From an uncultured Candidatus Binatia bacterium (GTDB taxonomy: Bacteria; Desulfobacterota; Binatia; Bin18), in assembly GCA_965200965.1 (NCBI GenBank), contig OZ241744.1:2016001-2080000 (forward strand): a stretch of DNA of 64,000 bases. Direction: 5' to 3'. The position numbers and the translations under genes were made by a program. How positions within the stretch are numbered: position 1 is the first letter of the stretch; the number at the start of each line of letters is the position of its first letter. Below the pieces are notes generated by a model, which was not told the origin of the DNA, made no database searches, and saw only the letters and a list, made by a program, of their open reading frames with translations. Positions 39,576 to 50,120 of this stretch are shown here, piece by piece.

Positions 39576-40061
39576 ATGGCACATGTGGCGATTATCATGG
39601 GCAGTAGGAGCGACTGGGACACCATGCGCGGGGCGAGCGAGACGCTTGCCGAACTCGGGGTTGAGCACGAAAACCGCATCCTGTCGGCCCATCGCACCCC
39701 GGAGGCCCTGGCCGCCTATGTCAAAGAGGCCGAGGCACGGGGCGTGCGGGTGTTTATTGCCGGGGCCGGCGGTGCGGCCCATCTGGGCGGGGTAATTGCC
39801 TCCCAGACGCTGCTGCCGGTCCTCGGCGTGCCCATGCAGTCCAAAGCCCTCAACGGGCTGGACTCGCTGCTGTCCATCGTCCAGATGCCCAAAGGCATCC
39901 CGGTCGCCAGCTTGGCCATCGGCGATGCCGGGGCGGCCAACGCGGGTCTACTGGCGGCCCAGATTCTATCGCTGTCAGACCCGGCCCTGGCCGAACGCCT
40001 CAAAGCCCATCGCGCCCGGCAGGCGGCCAGGGTCCTGGAGCAGCAGATCGAAGCACAGTGA
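39576..40061 (+). CDS. purE: N5-CAIR mutase
   Basis: [35 protein letters not shown]. Confidence 0.97.
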   Translation: MAHVAIIMGSRSDWDTMRGASETLAELGVEHENRILSAHRTPEALAAYVKEAEARGVRVFIAGAGGAAHLGGVIASQTLLPVLGVPMQSKALNGLDSLLSIVQMPKGIPVASLAIGDAGAANAGLLAAQILSLSDPALAERLKAHRARQAARVLEQQIEAQ

Positions 40062-40957
40062 TGAAGAGCGCGATGAGTGATCTTGTCTTAGCAACGACGA
40101 TAGACGGCCTGCCCATCCCCCGTCGGGGGAAAGTGCGGGATATCTATGAGACGGACGACTATCTGCTGATCGTCGCCACCGACCGGGTCTCGGCCTTTGA
40201 CGTGGTCCTGCCCGACGGGATTCCGGGCAAGGGCCGGGTCCTGACCGAGGTCTCGGGCTTCTGGTTTCGGGAGCTGGCCGATGTCGTTCCCCACCACCTG
40301 CTCTCGCTGGAGGTGGCCGACTTTCCGGCCGCGTGTCAGCCCTACCGCGATCAGCTGGACGGCCGCGCCATGCTGGTCAAAAAGGCCGAGCCGCTGCCGG
40401 TCGAGTGTATCGTGCGCGGCTACCTGGCTGGTTCGGGCTGGAAGGAGTACGGCCAGACTCAGAGTGTGTGCGGGATTCGGCTACCGGCCGGCCTGCGGGA
40501 GAGCGAGGAGCTGCCCGGGCCCATCTTTACCCCATCAACCAAAGCGCCCGAAGGTGAGCACGACGAGAACATTGCGTTTGCAGAAGTCGAGCGCCTGCTC
40601 AGCCGCCACCTGGCCGAACGGGTGCGTGACATCAGCCTGGCCCTGTATCGCCGCGCCCTGGCCCTGGCCAGAACAAAGGGCTTCCTGCTGGCCGACACCA
40701 AGTTTGAGTTTGGCCTCAAAGACGGCCAACTGCTGCTCATTGACGAGGTCTTTACCCCGGATTCGTCCCGTTTCTGGCGGGCTGATACCTACCGCCCTGG
40801 GACGGCCCAGGACAGCTACGACAAACAGATCATCCGGGACTATCTGCTGTCGATCAACTGGGACAAACAGCCGCCCGCCCCCCACCTGCCGCCCGATATT
40901 ATCGAGCGAGCGGCCGCCCGCTATCAGGAAATCAGCGCCCGGCTGATGGACGGCTGA
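40061..40957 (+). CDS. purC: SAICAR synthetase
   Basis: GKVRDIY, TDRVSAFD, ECIVRGY, DTKFEFG, TPDSSRFW; TGATG overlap with purE. Confidence 0.96.
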   Translation: MKSAMSDLVLATTIDGLPIPRRGKVRDIYETDDYLLIVATDRVSAFDVVLPDGIPGKGRVLTEVSGFWFRELADVVPHHLLSLEVADFPAACQPYRDQLDGRAMLVKKAEPLPVECIVRGYLAGSGWKEYGQTQSVCGIRLPAGLRESEELPGPIFTPSTKAPEGEHDENIAFAEVERLLSRHLAERVRDISLALYRRALALARTKGFLLADTKFEFGLKDGQLLLIDEVFTPDSSRFWRADTYRPGTAQDSYDKQIIRDYLLSINWDKQPPAPHLPPDIIERAAARYQEISARLMDG

Positions 40958-40972
40958 GGAGCGGAGCGCGCC

Positions 40973-41905
40973 GTGCAGGTCAACCTGTGGATGTGGGTCG
41001 CGTTTACGATCGCGGTACTGGGGCTGCTCCTCCTCGACCTGACCGTTTTCCACCGACACGCCCACGTTGTCTCGAAAAAAGAGGCCGCCCTGTGGAGCGT
41101 GCTGTGGATCGCCTTGGCCATGCTGTTCAATGTCGGCATCTTTGTCTTCTACGGCAAAGAGCGGGCACTCGAGTTTCTGGCCGGTTATCTGATCGAAAAA
41201 TCGCTGAGCGTTGACAACATCTTTGTCTTCCTGATGCTGTTTTCGTACTTCTCGGTGCCGGCCATCTACCGCCACCGGGTGCTGTTCTGGGGCATCCTGG
41301 GCGCGCTGGTCATGCGCGCCGTCTTCATTGGCGTCGGGGCCGCCCTGCTGCACAACTTCCACTGGGTGCTGTATGTGTTCGGCGCTTTTCTGGTCTGTAC
41401 CGGCATCCGCATGGTGGCCAAGGAAGAGGAGCAAACCGACCCGAGCACGAATCCGGCTATCCGACTGCTGCGCCGCTTCATGCCCGTGACCTCAGGCTAT
41501 GAGGGCCAGCATTTTCTGGTCCGGCGCAACGGTCGCCTGTTTGCCACCCCGCTGCTGGTCGTGCTGGTCACGGTCGAAACCACCGACCTGGTCTTTGCCG
41601 TTGACTCGATCCCGGCCATTTTTGCCGTGACCGATGACCCGTTCATCGTCTACACGTCCAATGTCTTTGCCATACTGGGCTTACGCGCCCTGTTCTTCCT
41701 GGTCGCCGGCGTCCTGGACCTGTTCGTCTACCTGCGCCACGGCCTCGGCTGCGTGCTCGGCTTTGTGGGGGTCAAGATGCTGCTGGTCGATCTGTACAAA
41801 ATCCCGATCGAGCTCTCGCTGAGCGTCATTGTCGGCATTCTGGGCATCTCCATAGCCGCGTCCCTCTTCTTCCCACCCAAGCAAGCCCAAGCCGCCCAAC
41901 AGTAG
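40973..41905 (+). CDS. TerC/Alx family membrane protein
   Basis: EKSLSVDNIFVF, FAVDSIPA, SNVFAILGLR. Confidence 0.93.
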   Translation: MQVNLWMWVAFTIAVLGLLLLDLTVFHRHAHVVSKKEAALWSVLWIALAMLFNVGIFVFYGKERALEFLAGYLIEKSLSVDNIFVFLMLFSYFSVPAIYRHRVLFWGILGALVMRAVFIGVGAALLHNFHWVLYVFGAFLVCTGIRMVAKEEEQTDPSTNPAIRLLRRFMPVTSGYEGQHFLVRRNGRLFATPLLVVLVTVETTDLVFAVDSIPAIFAVTDDPFIVYTSNVFAILGLRALFFLVAGVLDLFVYLRHGLGCVLGFVGVKMLLVDLYKIPIELSLSVIVGILGISIAASLFFPPKQAQAAQQ

Positions 41906-41946
41906 GGACGAGGTGTCGCCGCGTCCCCCATTTGCCCTTTGGCTGA

Positions 41947-42870
41947 TCAGAGCCGCGGCATGATATCCTGGGCAAAGACCTCCAGATGCTCCATATCGTC
42001 AAAGGCAGGGTTGATCATCAGATGCCGCGCCCCGGCCTGAATCAACTCGCCGAGCCTGTCGATACACTCCTGAGGGCTGCCCCAGATCGAGACCTGCGAG
42101 CCCATGTCGGCATTCTTGTAGCGCACGCCAAACCACTCGCGCAGCCGGCGCTCGGCCCGGTCACGGTCCGTATCGACCGCTGCATACACCCGCTTTGAGA
42201 TCGCAAAGCTGGCCGGGTCGCGCCCGGCCTGGTCGAGAAAGCGCCGCACTTGGCCGTACTGGCTGACAAAATCGGCGCTGGACGACGAGCCGGCCCCCAT
42301 CCAGCCATCGCCGTGACGGACCGCCCGGCGCAGGGCCAACTCTGAGCGGGCCCCAAACCAGACCGGCGGATGCGGCTGCTGGACCGGCTTGGGCTCCATA
42401 GCTGCGTCTTTGAGCTGCCAGAACAGACCGCTGTAGCTGGCCTTGGGCTGGGTCCACAACGCCTTCATGATATCGAGTCCCTCCACAAAACGTTGCATCC
42501 GCCGCTCCGTGGAGTAGCCAAAAACCGTCTCCGGTACATGTCCGCCGCCGCCCACGCCGACGATCAACCGCCCTTCGCTCATACAGTCCAGGCTCGACAG
42601 GGCCTTGGCCAGTTGCAGGGGGTTGCGCAGGGTGGTGAGCAGGACCGAGGTACCGATCTTCGGCTTGGCGGTCAGGGCCGCCACATAGCTCAGCAGCGTC
42701 ACCGGCTCAAGAATCGGAAAATCGCTCAAAATGGTCTCCTGGACCCACAGACTGTCATAGCCCAGCGTTTCGGCCCGCCGTACAAAGTCGCCCACAAAGC
42801 CCATATCAACGCCAGAGCCGGGAAAAACCTGGGGGATTGCAAATCCACACGGGGTGTTGCCAACTGCCAT
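41947..42870 (-). CDS. LLM class flavin-dependent oxidoreductase
   Basis: AE.LGYDSLW, GRLIVGVG, PKPVQQPHPPVW, GDGW. Confidence 0.9.
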   Translation of the reverse strand: MAVGNTPCGFAIPQVFPGSGVDMGFVGDFVRRAETLGYDSLWVQETILSDFPILEPVTLLSYVAALTAKPKIGTSVLLTTLRNPLQLAKALSSLDCMSEGRLIVGVGGGGHVPETVFGYSTERRMQRFVEGLDIMKALWTQPKASYSGLFWQLKDAAMEPKPVQQPHPPVWFGARSELALRRAVRHGDGWMGAGSSSSADFVSQYGQVRRFLDQAGRDPASFAISKRVYAAVDTDRDRAERRLREWFGVRYKNADMGSQVSIWGSPQECIDRLGELIQAGARHLMINPAFDDMEHLEVFAQDIMPRL

Positions 42871-43151
42871 ATGCCCTCCTTTGCCACGCGGATCATCCCT
42901 TATGTGTGGCGGTCAGGATGATCCTGTGTGGCCTGTCTATCTTGACCGGCGGGCCGGGGCAAGGAACGGAAGGTGAGGAGGCCGCCCGGCTCGCTGGACT
43001 ACCGCTCCCGGATCGACAAGCCCGAGGAGCTGTAGTAAGAGGAATGCGGTATGGCTGAGCAAGACCTTTTCACGGCTCGCGACGAATGACGCATGCTGGC
43101 GAAAAATCGTTTGGGGCCTTTGCCGCCTGATATCAAGGAGAAGGAGTCTAT

Positions 43152-44159
43152 ATGCGTGCCTGGGAAATCAAGCAAGAGTTTGGCATCGAACACTTACGCT
43201 GCGTTGAGCGGCCCGACCCCCGGCCGGGTCCCGGCCAGCTCTGCATCCGGGTGAGAGCCACCTCGCTCAACTACCGGGATTTGATGACGGTCAAACACGG
43301 CGGGATGCGTGGCCTCAAGCAGCCCCTCATCCCGCTGTCCGACGGGGCCGGGGAAGTAGTGGCGGTCGGCGAGGGGGTCAGCCGGGCCAAGACCGGCGAC
43401 CGGGTGGCCGGCCTCTTCTTTCAGTCCTGGCTGTCAGGCGGCCCCAAAGCCAGCCACGCCCGGTCGGCCCTCGGCGGTGCCCTCGACGGCATGTGGGCCG
43501 AGTATGTCGTCTTGGACGAGGACGGCGTTGTCCCTGTCCCGGACTACATGTCGTATGAAGACGCGGCCACCCTGCCCTGTGCCGCGGTGACGGCCTGGCA
43601 GGACCTGGTGTCGGTCGGCTGCATCAAGGCCGGCGATACCGTCCTGGTGATGGGAACCGGCGGGGTGTCGATTTTTGCCCTGCAATTTGCCAAAGCGGCC
43701 GGCGCGCGGGTGATTATCACCTCCAGCAGCGACGCAAAACTGGAGCGTGCCAAGCAGATCGGGGCCGACCATCTGATCAACTACAGGAGCACTCCCGAGT
43801 GGGGCAGAGCCGCCCTCGAACTCACCGACGGGGTGGGGGTCGATCATGTGGTTGAGGTCGGCGGGGCCGGCACCCTCGCCCAGTCGTTGCAGGCCGTCCG
43901 GGTCGGCGGCTTTGTCGGCCTGATCGGGATTCTGTCGGGCAGCAACCAGACCAACCCCATGCCGGTGCTGCAAAAGAGCGTCCGACTCCAGGGCATCTAT
44001 GTCGGCTCGCGCGACATGTTTGAGGACATGAACGCGGCCATGACTGTCAACCGCACCCGGCCCGTGATTGACCAGGTATTCCCCTTTGAACACGCCCAGG
44101 ACGCCCTGCGGTGTATGGAAAGCGCGGCCCACTTTGGCAAAATTGTGGTGAGCGGCTAG
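43152..44159 (+). CDS. MDR-family NAD(P)-dependent alcohol dehydrogenase/quinone oxidoreductase
   Basis: SLNYRD, PLSDGAG, LPCAAVTAW, GTGGVS, HFGKIV. Confidence 0.9.
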   Translation: MRAWEIKQEFGIEHLRCVERPDPRPGPGQLCIRVRATSLNYRDLMTVKHGGMRGLKQPLIPLSDGAGEVVAVGEGVSRAKTGDRVAGLFFQSWLSGGPKASHARSALGGALDGMWAEYVVLDEDGVVPVPDYMSYEDAATLPCAAVTAWQDLVSVGCIKAGDTVLVMGTGGVSIFALQFAKAAGARVIITSSSDAKLERAKQIGADHLINYRSTPEWGRAALELTDGVGVDHVVEVGGAGTLAQSLQAVRVGGFVGLIGILSGSNQTNPMPVLQKSVRLQGIYVGSRDMFEDMNAAMTVNRTRPVIDQVFPFEHAQDALRCMESAAHFGKIVVSG

Positions 44160-44179
44160 GCGCGTGAGAAGAGACAGCC

Positions 44180-45415
44180 ATGAGCGAGCACTACGCCCGG
44201 CGGCGGGCCCTTGACGGCGTCCGTATCCTCGATTTTACCTGGGTGGTGGCCGGGCCGGTGGCGACCCGGATTCTGGCTGACCAGGGTGCGGAGGTGATTA
44301 AAATTGAGCGGCGCGACTCGCTTGACCTGGGCAGCCGCCGGGGGGGCTTTACCGGCAACCTGTTCCGCGGCAAGCGCAGCACGGTCATCAATATGGCGGA
44401 CCCGCGCGGGCTGGATATCGCCCGTCAACTGGTAGCGGTGTCGGATGTAGTGATCGACAACTTCAGCGCCCGGGTAATGCGCAACTGGGGCATGGACTAC
44501 GATAGCCTCAGGCAGCTCAAGCCGGACATCATCGCCGTCAGCATGTCGGGCTTTGGCCACAGCGGGCCGCACAAAGACTATGTGAGCTATGGGCCGACCC
44601 TCCAGGCCCTGTCCGGCTATACCCTGCTGATGCGCCACGCCGGCAGCGAGCCGGCCGGCTGGGGCTATTCCTACGCCGACATGTCGGGCGGCTACGCCGG
44701 CGCGCTGGCCGTGCTCATGGCTCTGTGGCACCGCCGGCGCAGCGGTGAGGGACAGTTTGTCGATCTGTCACAGTTTGAAACGATTTCCAGCCTGGTCGGG
44801 CCGGCGCTGCTCGACATCTCGGCCAACGGAACGCGCCTTGGGCCGCTGGGCAATCGTTCTCAGGAGGCCCCGGCCGCGCCGCACGGCATCTACCGCTGCC
44901 GGGGCGACGACCGCTGGTGCGCCATCAGCGTGTTCACCGAAGACGAGTGGCACGCCCTGTGTCGGGTGTTGGGCAATCCGGCCTGGACCCGCTGGGAGCG
45001 CTTTGCCAGCCTTGACGCCCGTCTGAACAATCAGGACGAGTTAGACCGTCATATCGAAGCCTGGACCGCTCAACACCCGCCCCACGATGTCATGCGCCTC
45101 CTCCAGGAGGCCGGCGTTGCAGCCGGCGTGGTGGCCAACGGCGCAGACCTTGACCGTGACCCGCAGCTCCAGGCCGGGGGCTACTGGGCGACACTCAGCA
45201 GCCCGGAGGAGGGCTGGGCCGTGCTGGACGGTACACCGATCACGCTGTCGGCCACGCCCGGCGGCGTCAGGGGCCCGGGACCGCTGTTGGGAGAGCACAC
45301 CGAGGCGGTCTTGGGGAGCTTGTTGGGCTACTCGGAGGAGCACATCGCCCAACTCAAAGCAGCCCGTGTCGTGGCCTCGCCGGCCGAGATCAGGGCGGAA
45401 CGTGGCGGAACGTGA
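44180..45415 (+). CDS. Class III CoA-transferase (CaiB/BaiF)
   Basis: ILDFTWVVAGP, GFGHSGP, YADMSGG with catalytic Asp, PLLGEHT. Confidence 0.9.
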   Translation: MSEHYARRRALDGVRILDFTWVVAGPVATRILADQGAEVIKIERRDSLDLGSRRGGFTGNLFRGKRSTVINMADPRGLDIARQLVAVSDVVIDNFSARVMRNWGMDYDSLRQLKPDIIAVSMSGFGHSGPHKDYVSYGPTLQALSGYTLLMRHAGSEPAGWGYSYADMSGGYAGALAVLMALWHRRRSGEGQFVDLSQFETISSLVGPALLDISANGTRLGPLGNRSQEAPAAPHGIYRCRGDDRWCAISVFTEDEWHALCRVLGNPAWTRWERFASLDARLNNQDELDRHIEAWTAQHPPHDVMRLLQEAGVAAGVVANGADLDRDPQLQAGGYWATLSSPEEGWAVLDGTPITLSATPGGVRGPGPLLGEHTEAVLGSLLGYSEEHIAQLKAARVVASPAEIRAERGGT

Positions 45416-45469
45416 GCGGGCCGAGGAGTTCAAGCGCATGGTGAGTGGCGCTCAGCGCGAGCGCCTGCC

Positions 45470-45874
45470 TCAGTCCTCGTAATAACGCGCCTCAATCTCA
45501 TTACCCTCGGGATCGTGGAAATAGATTGAGGTGGCGTTCCCCCGCGCTCCCCAGCGGGGCAGCGGGCCTTCAATCGGAATGGCGCTGGCCGCCAGCCGTT
45601 CGCGCAGCCGCTCCCAGTCGGTCTTGCCCAGGGTCAAGCAGAAATGACCCAGATTCGGCCGGCCGCGGCCCTGTGGCTGGGCCGACTGCCACATCGCCTT
45701 GGGGGCCAGATCAATGATCGTGCCGGCGTTCAGCCGGACCGAGGGAAACGGCACTTCTCCCCGGCGAAAGGCGTCCAAGCGCTCGGGTGCCAACTCAACC
45801 ACCTTGGTATAAAACCGCACCAGGGCCTCAACATCTTCCGCATTCAGCACAATATGATCCAGAACGCCTTGCAT
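45470..45874 (-). CDS. VOC/glyoxalase family protein
   Basis: LDHIVL, FY, HFCL, YFHDPEGNEIE. Confidence 0.88.
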   Translation of the reverse strand: MQGVLDHIVLNAEDVEALVRFYTKVVELAPERLDAFRRGEVPFPSVRLNAGTIIDLAPKAMWQSAQPQGRGRPNLGHFCLTLGKTDWERLRERLAASAIPIEGPLPRWGARGNATSIYFHDPEGNEIEARYYED

Positions 45875-46011
45875 GGCCTGCCTCCAGGAACTGGTCTTGT
45901 GGGTGTCTTAGCCGACGAGGGGCCGCTTGCGCAACGCTGGCTTGACCTGGCCAAGAGGCGTCCGTTAGATTAGCCCCGTTCTCAACCCAAGGGCAACACA
46001 AGGAGACCCCG

Positions 46012-46788
46012 ATGAACATTATCACCATCCCCGTTCTGTCCGACAATTACGCCTATCTGATTATCGACGAGACAACGAATGAAGCCGGTGTGGTAGACCC
46101 CTCGGAAGCCGGACCGGTGGCCGAGGCGGTCAAGCGCGAGAGAGTGCATTTCACCACGATTATCAACACCCACCACCACTGGGATCATGTCGGCGGCAAC
46201 AAGGAACTCGTCCGGGCCTATCCCGACCTCAAGGTCTACGGCCACAAGCGCGACGAGACCCGCACGCCGTGCATCACCCACATGGTGGACGAGGGCGACA
46301 CGGTTGCCATCGGCAGTCTTGAGGGCCGCTTTCTGTTCATCCCCTGCCATACCAGCGGGCATGTGGCCGTCTATTTCCCGGCTGAAAAGCTCGCTTTTAC
46401 CGGGGATACGCTGTTTGTGGCCGGCTGTGGGCGGCTGTTTGAGGGCACGGCCGCGGACATGCACAACAATATGGTCAAGCTGAGTTCCCTGCCCGAAGAG
46501 ACCCGCCTCTATCCCGGCCATGAGTACACGGTCAAAAACCTGGAGTTTGCCCTGAGCCTCGAGCCGAACAACGCCGCGGTGCAGGCCAAGCTGCGCTGGG
46601 CCAGGGACGCCCGGGCCGAGGATCAACCGACCATTCCGTCAACGGTGGCCGAAGAAAAAACGATCAACCCCTTCATCCGGGTAGACAGTCAAGAGCTGCG
46701 GGCCAGCATCGCCGGGCAGTTTCCTGGCCTGCAACTCGACGACGTGACTGTGCTGGAGCGCACCCGTTACCTGAAGGACAATTTCTAA
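46012..46788 (+). CDS. gloB: Hydroxyacylglutathione hydrolase (glyoxalase II)
   Basis: DNYAY, THHHWDH, HTSGH, GDTLF.AGCGR, HEYT, EK.INPF. Confidence 0.95.
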   Translation: MNIITIPVLSDNYAYLIIDETTNEAGVVDPSEAGPVAEAVKRERVHFTTIINTHHHWDHVGGNKELVRAYPDLKVYGHKRDETRTPCITHMVDEGDTVAIGSLEGRFLFIPCHTSGHVAVYFPAEKLAFTGDTLFVAGCGRLFEGTAADMHNNMVKLSSLPEETRLYPGHEYTVKNLEFALSLEPNNAAVQAKLRWARDARAEDQPTIPSTVAEEKTINPFIRVDSQELRASIAGQFPGLQLDDVTVLERTRYLKDNF

Positions 46789-47259
46789 ATGCGCCGTGCC
46801 CTGCCCCTTGTCTTCTTTTTTTTGCTGCCGGCCTGCAGCGTCTGGGACGGCATGTGGGACACGCTTATCGACCGCAGCCTTATTGAGCAGCAGCAGGCCG
46901 AAATCGCCCGGCTCAAAGCCGAGACCGCACAGATCAAGGCCGAGACCGAGGCGCTCAAGCAACAGGCACGGCAGGCTGAAAAGGAACGCGAGGACTGCAA
47001 CACCGCCTTCTACACCTTTGAGGAGGCGCGCAAAGCCCCGGAGGGAGAAACGGCCATCGCCAAATACCAGGAGGGGCTGGCCCTGTGTCCGACCGACGAT
47101 GTGGCCCACAACGAACTCGGCGAACTCTACCTGCGCTTAGGCCGCAAGGCCGAGGCCCGGGCCGCCTTTGAAGAGGCGGTGCGGCTCAACGCCAACTTTG
47201 TCCGCGCCCAGCGCAACCTCCAGGACGCGCAGGAAGATATCCAGGAAGACGATCTGTAA
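46789..47259 (+). CDS. TPR-containing lipoprotein
   Basis: Lipobox-like LPAC, coiled coil, AHNELGELY...A...FEEAV TPR motif. Confidence 0.8.
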   Translation: MRRALPLVFFFLLPACSVWDGMWDTLIDRSLIEQQQAEIARLKAETAQIKAETEALKQQARQAEKEREDCNTAFYTFEEARKAPEGETAIAKYQEGLALCPTDDVAHNELGELYLRLGRKAEARAAFEEAVRLNANFVRAQRNLQDAQEDIQEDDL

Positions 47260-47304
47260 AATTCGTCAGGAGTTGGAGAACGACGCGGTCAGGAAAGAAT
47301 CCCT

Positions 47305-47895
47305 ATGCCCTGCATTGATCTCGCGTTCCGCCTGACTGGCTCGAACATTCCGGTTGACCACGGCTATCTCTTGTATGCTGCGTTGAGCCGCATTGTTCCA
47401 GAACTCCACGCAGCAAAAGCCCTTGGCGTCCAGCCAATCCGCGGCCTGTATAACGGAAGCGGCCAACTCCAACTGTCCGACTCATCCCGTTTGACGCTCC
47501 GTCTGCCAGACGGGGAGATCCGGCCCTATCTGAAACTGGCCGGGAAGAGCCTGGAAGTGGACGCTCACCGCCTTATCGTCGGAGTGCCGGAAGTACGGAG
47601 GCTTCTGCCGGTTGCCCATCTGCGCGCCCGGCTGGTCACGATCAAGGGGTTTCTCGAAGAAGAAGCGTTTCTCCAAGCCGTACAGCGCCAGTTGCAGAGC
47701 CTCGGCGTAGTGTGCCACGCGCTGTCAGGTCAACGGCGCACCTTTCGGGTCAAGGAAAAACAGGTGGTGGGTTTTGAGGTCGCGGCGACCGGCTTGACGG
47801 CTGCGGATTCTGTCAGGCTGCAAGAAACCGGGCTGGGCGGAAGGCGAAAGATGGGCTGCGGGGTGTTTGTGCCCTCGGGAGGACTCTCCAGGTGA
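47305..47895 (+). CDS. cas6: Cas6, Myxan type I-B
   Basis: IPVDHGY.LY.ALS and the G-rich loop GLGGRRKMGCGVF. Confidence 0.93.
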   Translation: MPCIDLAFRLTGSNIPVDHGYLLYAALSRIVPELHAAKALGVQPIRGLYNGSGQLQLSDSSRLTLRLPDGEIRPYLKLAGKSLEVDAHRLIVGVPEVRRLLPVAHLRARLVTIKGFLEEEAFLQAVQRQLQSLGVVCHALSGQRRTFRVKEKQVVGFEVAATGLTAADSVRLQETGLGGRRKMGCGVFVPSGGLSR

Positions 47896-50120
47896 CGGCT
47901 TTTAAGCGGTTGCTGGCGAAAAGCAGTAAAACTCCAGATGACCCCCGTGAATATGAAAAATTATCCGGCCATACAGCGAACGTCATGGCCGCGGCCCAGA
48001 CTCTATTAGACGAAACCGCCGACGCTCAGTTATCCGCCGTAGGTCTGTCCGTAAGCGCGTGGAAGGAGCGTTTTTGTCAAGCTGTTCTCTTTTCAGCGTT
48101 TTGTCATGATCTCGGAAAGGCGAATGACCAGTTTCAGGCGATGGTCAGGCATCAAAGATCGAATCCGCAGGCGATCCGTCACGAAGCGCTGTCGTTTCTC
48201 ATTCTCCAAGAAACCCCGCTGAAGGAATGGTTGTCCACCGCTTTAGCAGAACCCGAAGACCTGTCTTTTTTGCTCTGGGCGGCTGCCGGCCACCACCGAC
48301 ACTTTCCTCCTGGTAGACCCGCCGACGGAACCGGAATCCGCCTGATGCTCTTTCTGGGACATCCGGACTTCCAACAGACTCTCTCCGTTGGGGCAAAGTG
48401 GCTTGATCTTGATAATCCACCAAGTCTTGATGATTGCTGCTGGCGGCTTACTGGAGCGACTTCTCCGCACCGATATCTAACGAAAGCCCGTCTACAGGCA
48501 GGCGCTTTCTGGGCTTCCTGCAGGGCTGAGAAGCGTCATTTTCTTGCCGCCATCAAAGCCTGTCTTATTGCGGCCGATGTCGCCGGATCAGCCTTGCCGA
48601 AAAAGGGAGAGAAAATTTCATGCTGGATACGGGGGGCCTTAGAGCACAGACTGACGCCGGACCAACTCCAAAAAGTTGTTGAGGATCGGTTGCAAGGGCT
48701 TCCTCTCAGGCCATTCCAGGAAGAACTTGGCAAGACCACCGCACGGGTTGTCCTGGCTGAAGCTGGCTGTGGCAGTGGAAAGACGCTGGGAGCCTATGTC
48801 TGGGCGGCTCAAAGGGCTCCCGGAAAACGTCTTTTCTTTTCCTACCCGACAACAGGAACCGCAACGGAAGGATTTCGTGACTATCTGATAGAGCCTACGT
48901 TGGATGCCCGACTGGTTCACAGCCGGGCCGCGGTGGATTTGGAATTGCTCGGCGTTGATGACGAGGGGGAACAAGCCGATCCACTTGCCGCGCTTGAGAC
49001 TTGGTCTACCTCTATCACCAGTTGCACAGTGGACACTGTGCTTGGACTCATCCAGAACCAAAAGAAAGGCTTATACACATGGCCGGTCTTGGCCGGTGCG
49101 GCATTCGTCTTTGATGAGATTCATGCTTATGACGACCGTTTGTTTTCGTGCTTGTTGCGTTTTCTCACATCCTGCCGTGGTGTTCCTTGCCTGCTGATGA
49201 CGGCGAGTCTGCCACAGACACGTTTTCAGGCCCTAAAGGAGGCGCTCCGTTCAACAGACGAGACCTTGGAAATCGTTTCTGGTCCGGTTGGGCTGGAAAG
49301 ACTCCCACGCTATCAAAGGCTGCTCTCTGATGACCCGTGGATCGTCGTGGAACAGAGCATCGGAAACAAGGAAAAAATCCTGTGGGTCGCCAATACGGTG
49401 GACCGCGCCCTGCAATTTGCTGAACAAGCGTCCGGGCACGGTTTCCAACCGCTCGTGTACCACAGCCGTTTTCGATACAAAGACCGCGTCCAACAACATG
49501 GCCGGATCATTTCCGACTTTCGAAAAGAGGGGCCGGCGCTCGTCATCGCTACACAAGTGGCAGAGATGAGTTTAGACCTTTCCGCCGATATGCTGGTGAC
49601 AGACTTAGCTCCAGTTCCGGCGCTTATACAGCGTTTAGGTCGCCTCAATCGGCGCTCAACACCGGAGAATCCGATTCCGCCAAAACCCTTCCTGGTGAGA
49701 GAGCCTGACACGGCCGCGCCTTACAAAAGCCAAGACCTCCCAGACCCTTTTTCCGCTTCCCGGCGCTGGCTGGAGCGTCTTGGAATGGGACCAGTGGCCC
49801 AAAGCGACTTGGCCCAGACATGGAATGGTCTGGATGAAGGGAAGCAGCAACAGCCAAGTGAAAGCGCTTGGGCAGACGGCGGATTTGACACAACTCCACG
49901 TCACCTACGAAAAAGTACACCAGGCATAACCGTCTTGCTGGGGGAAGACGCTGAGGCTGTGAAGCGCGGCGAGAGAGACCCGGTACGGGTCCGCATCCCA
50001 ATGACCCGGCCGCCGAAAGGAACGGACTGGAAAAGGTGGCCCAAGGTTGCGTTCTCCAGAGTGCCGCCTCCCGAACACATAAGCTACGACCCCGAAAGAG
50101 GAGCCAAATGGAATCACTGA
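47892..50120 (+). CDS. cas3: Cas3 HD nuclease-helicase
   Basis: HDLGKA, GCGSGKT, DEIH, TAS, HSRF, QRLGRLNR. Confidence 0.96.
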   Translation: MTAFKRLLAKSSKTPDDPREYEKLSGHTANVMAAAQTLLDETADAQLSAVGLSVSAWKERFCQAVLFSAFCHDLGKANDQFQAMVRHQRSNPQAIRHEALSFLILQETPLKEWLSTALAEPEDLSFLLWAAAGHHRHFPPGRPADGTGIRLMLFLGHPDFQQTLSVGAKWLDLDNPPSLDDCCWRLTGATSPHRYLTKARLQAGAFWASCRAEKRHFLAAIKACLIAADVAGSALPKKGEKISCWIRGALEHRLTPDQLQKVVEDRLQGLPLRPFQEELGKTTARVVLAEAGCGSGKTLGAYVWAAQRAPGKRLFFSYPTTGTATEGFRDYLIEPTLDARLVHSRAAVDLELLGVDDEGEQADPLAALETWSTSITSCTVDTVLGLIQNQKKGLYTWPVLAGAAFVFDEIHAYDDRLFSCLLRFLTSCRGVPCLLMTASLPQTRFQALKEALRSTDETLEIVSGPVGLERLPRYQRLLSDDPWIVVEQSIGNKEKILWVANTVDRALQFAEQASGHGFQPLVYHSRFRYKDRVQQHGRIISDFRKEGPALVIATQVAEMSLDLSADMLVTDLAPVPALIQRLGRLNRRSTPENPIPPKPFLVREPDTAAPYKSQDLPDPFSASRRWLERLGMGPVAQSDLAQTWNGLDEGKQQQPSESAWADGGFDTTPRHLRKSTPGITVLLGEDAEAVKRGERDPVRVRIPMTRPPKGTDWKRWPKVAFSRVPPPEHISYDPERGAKWNH

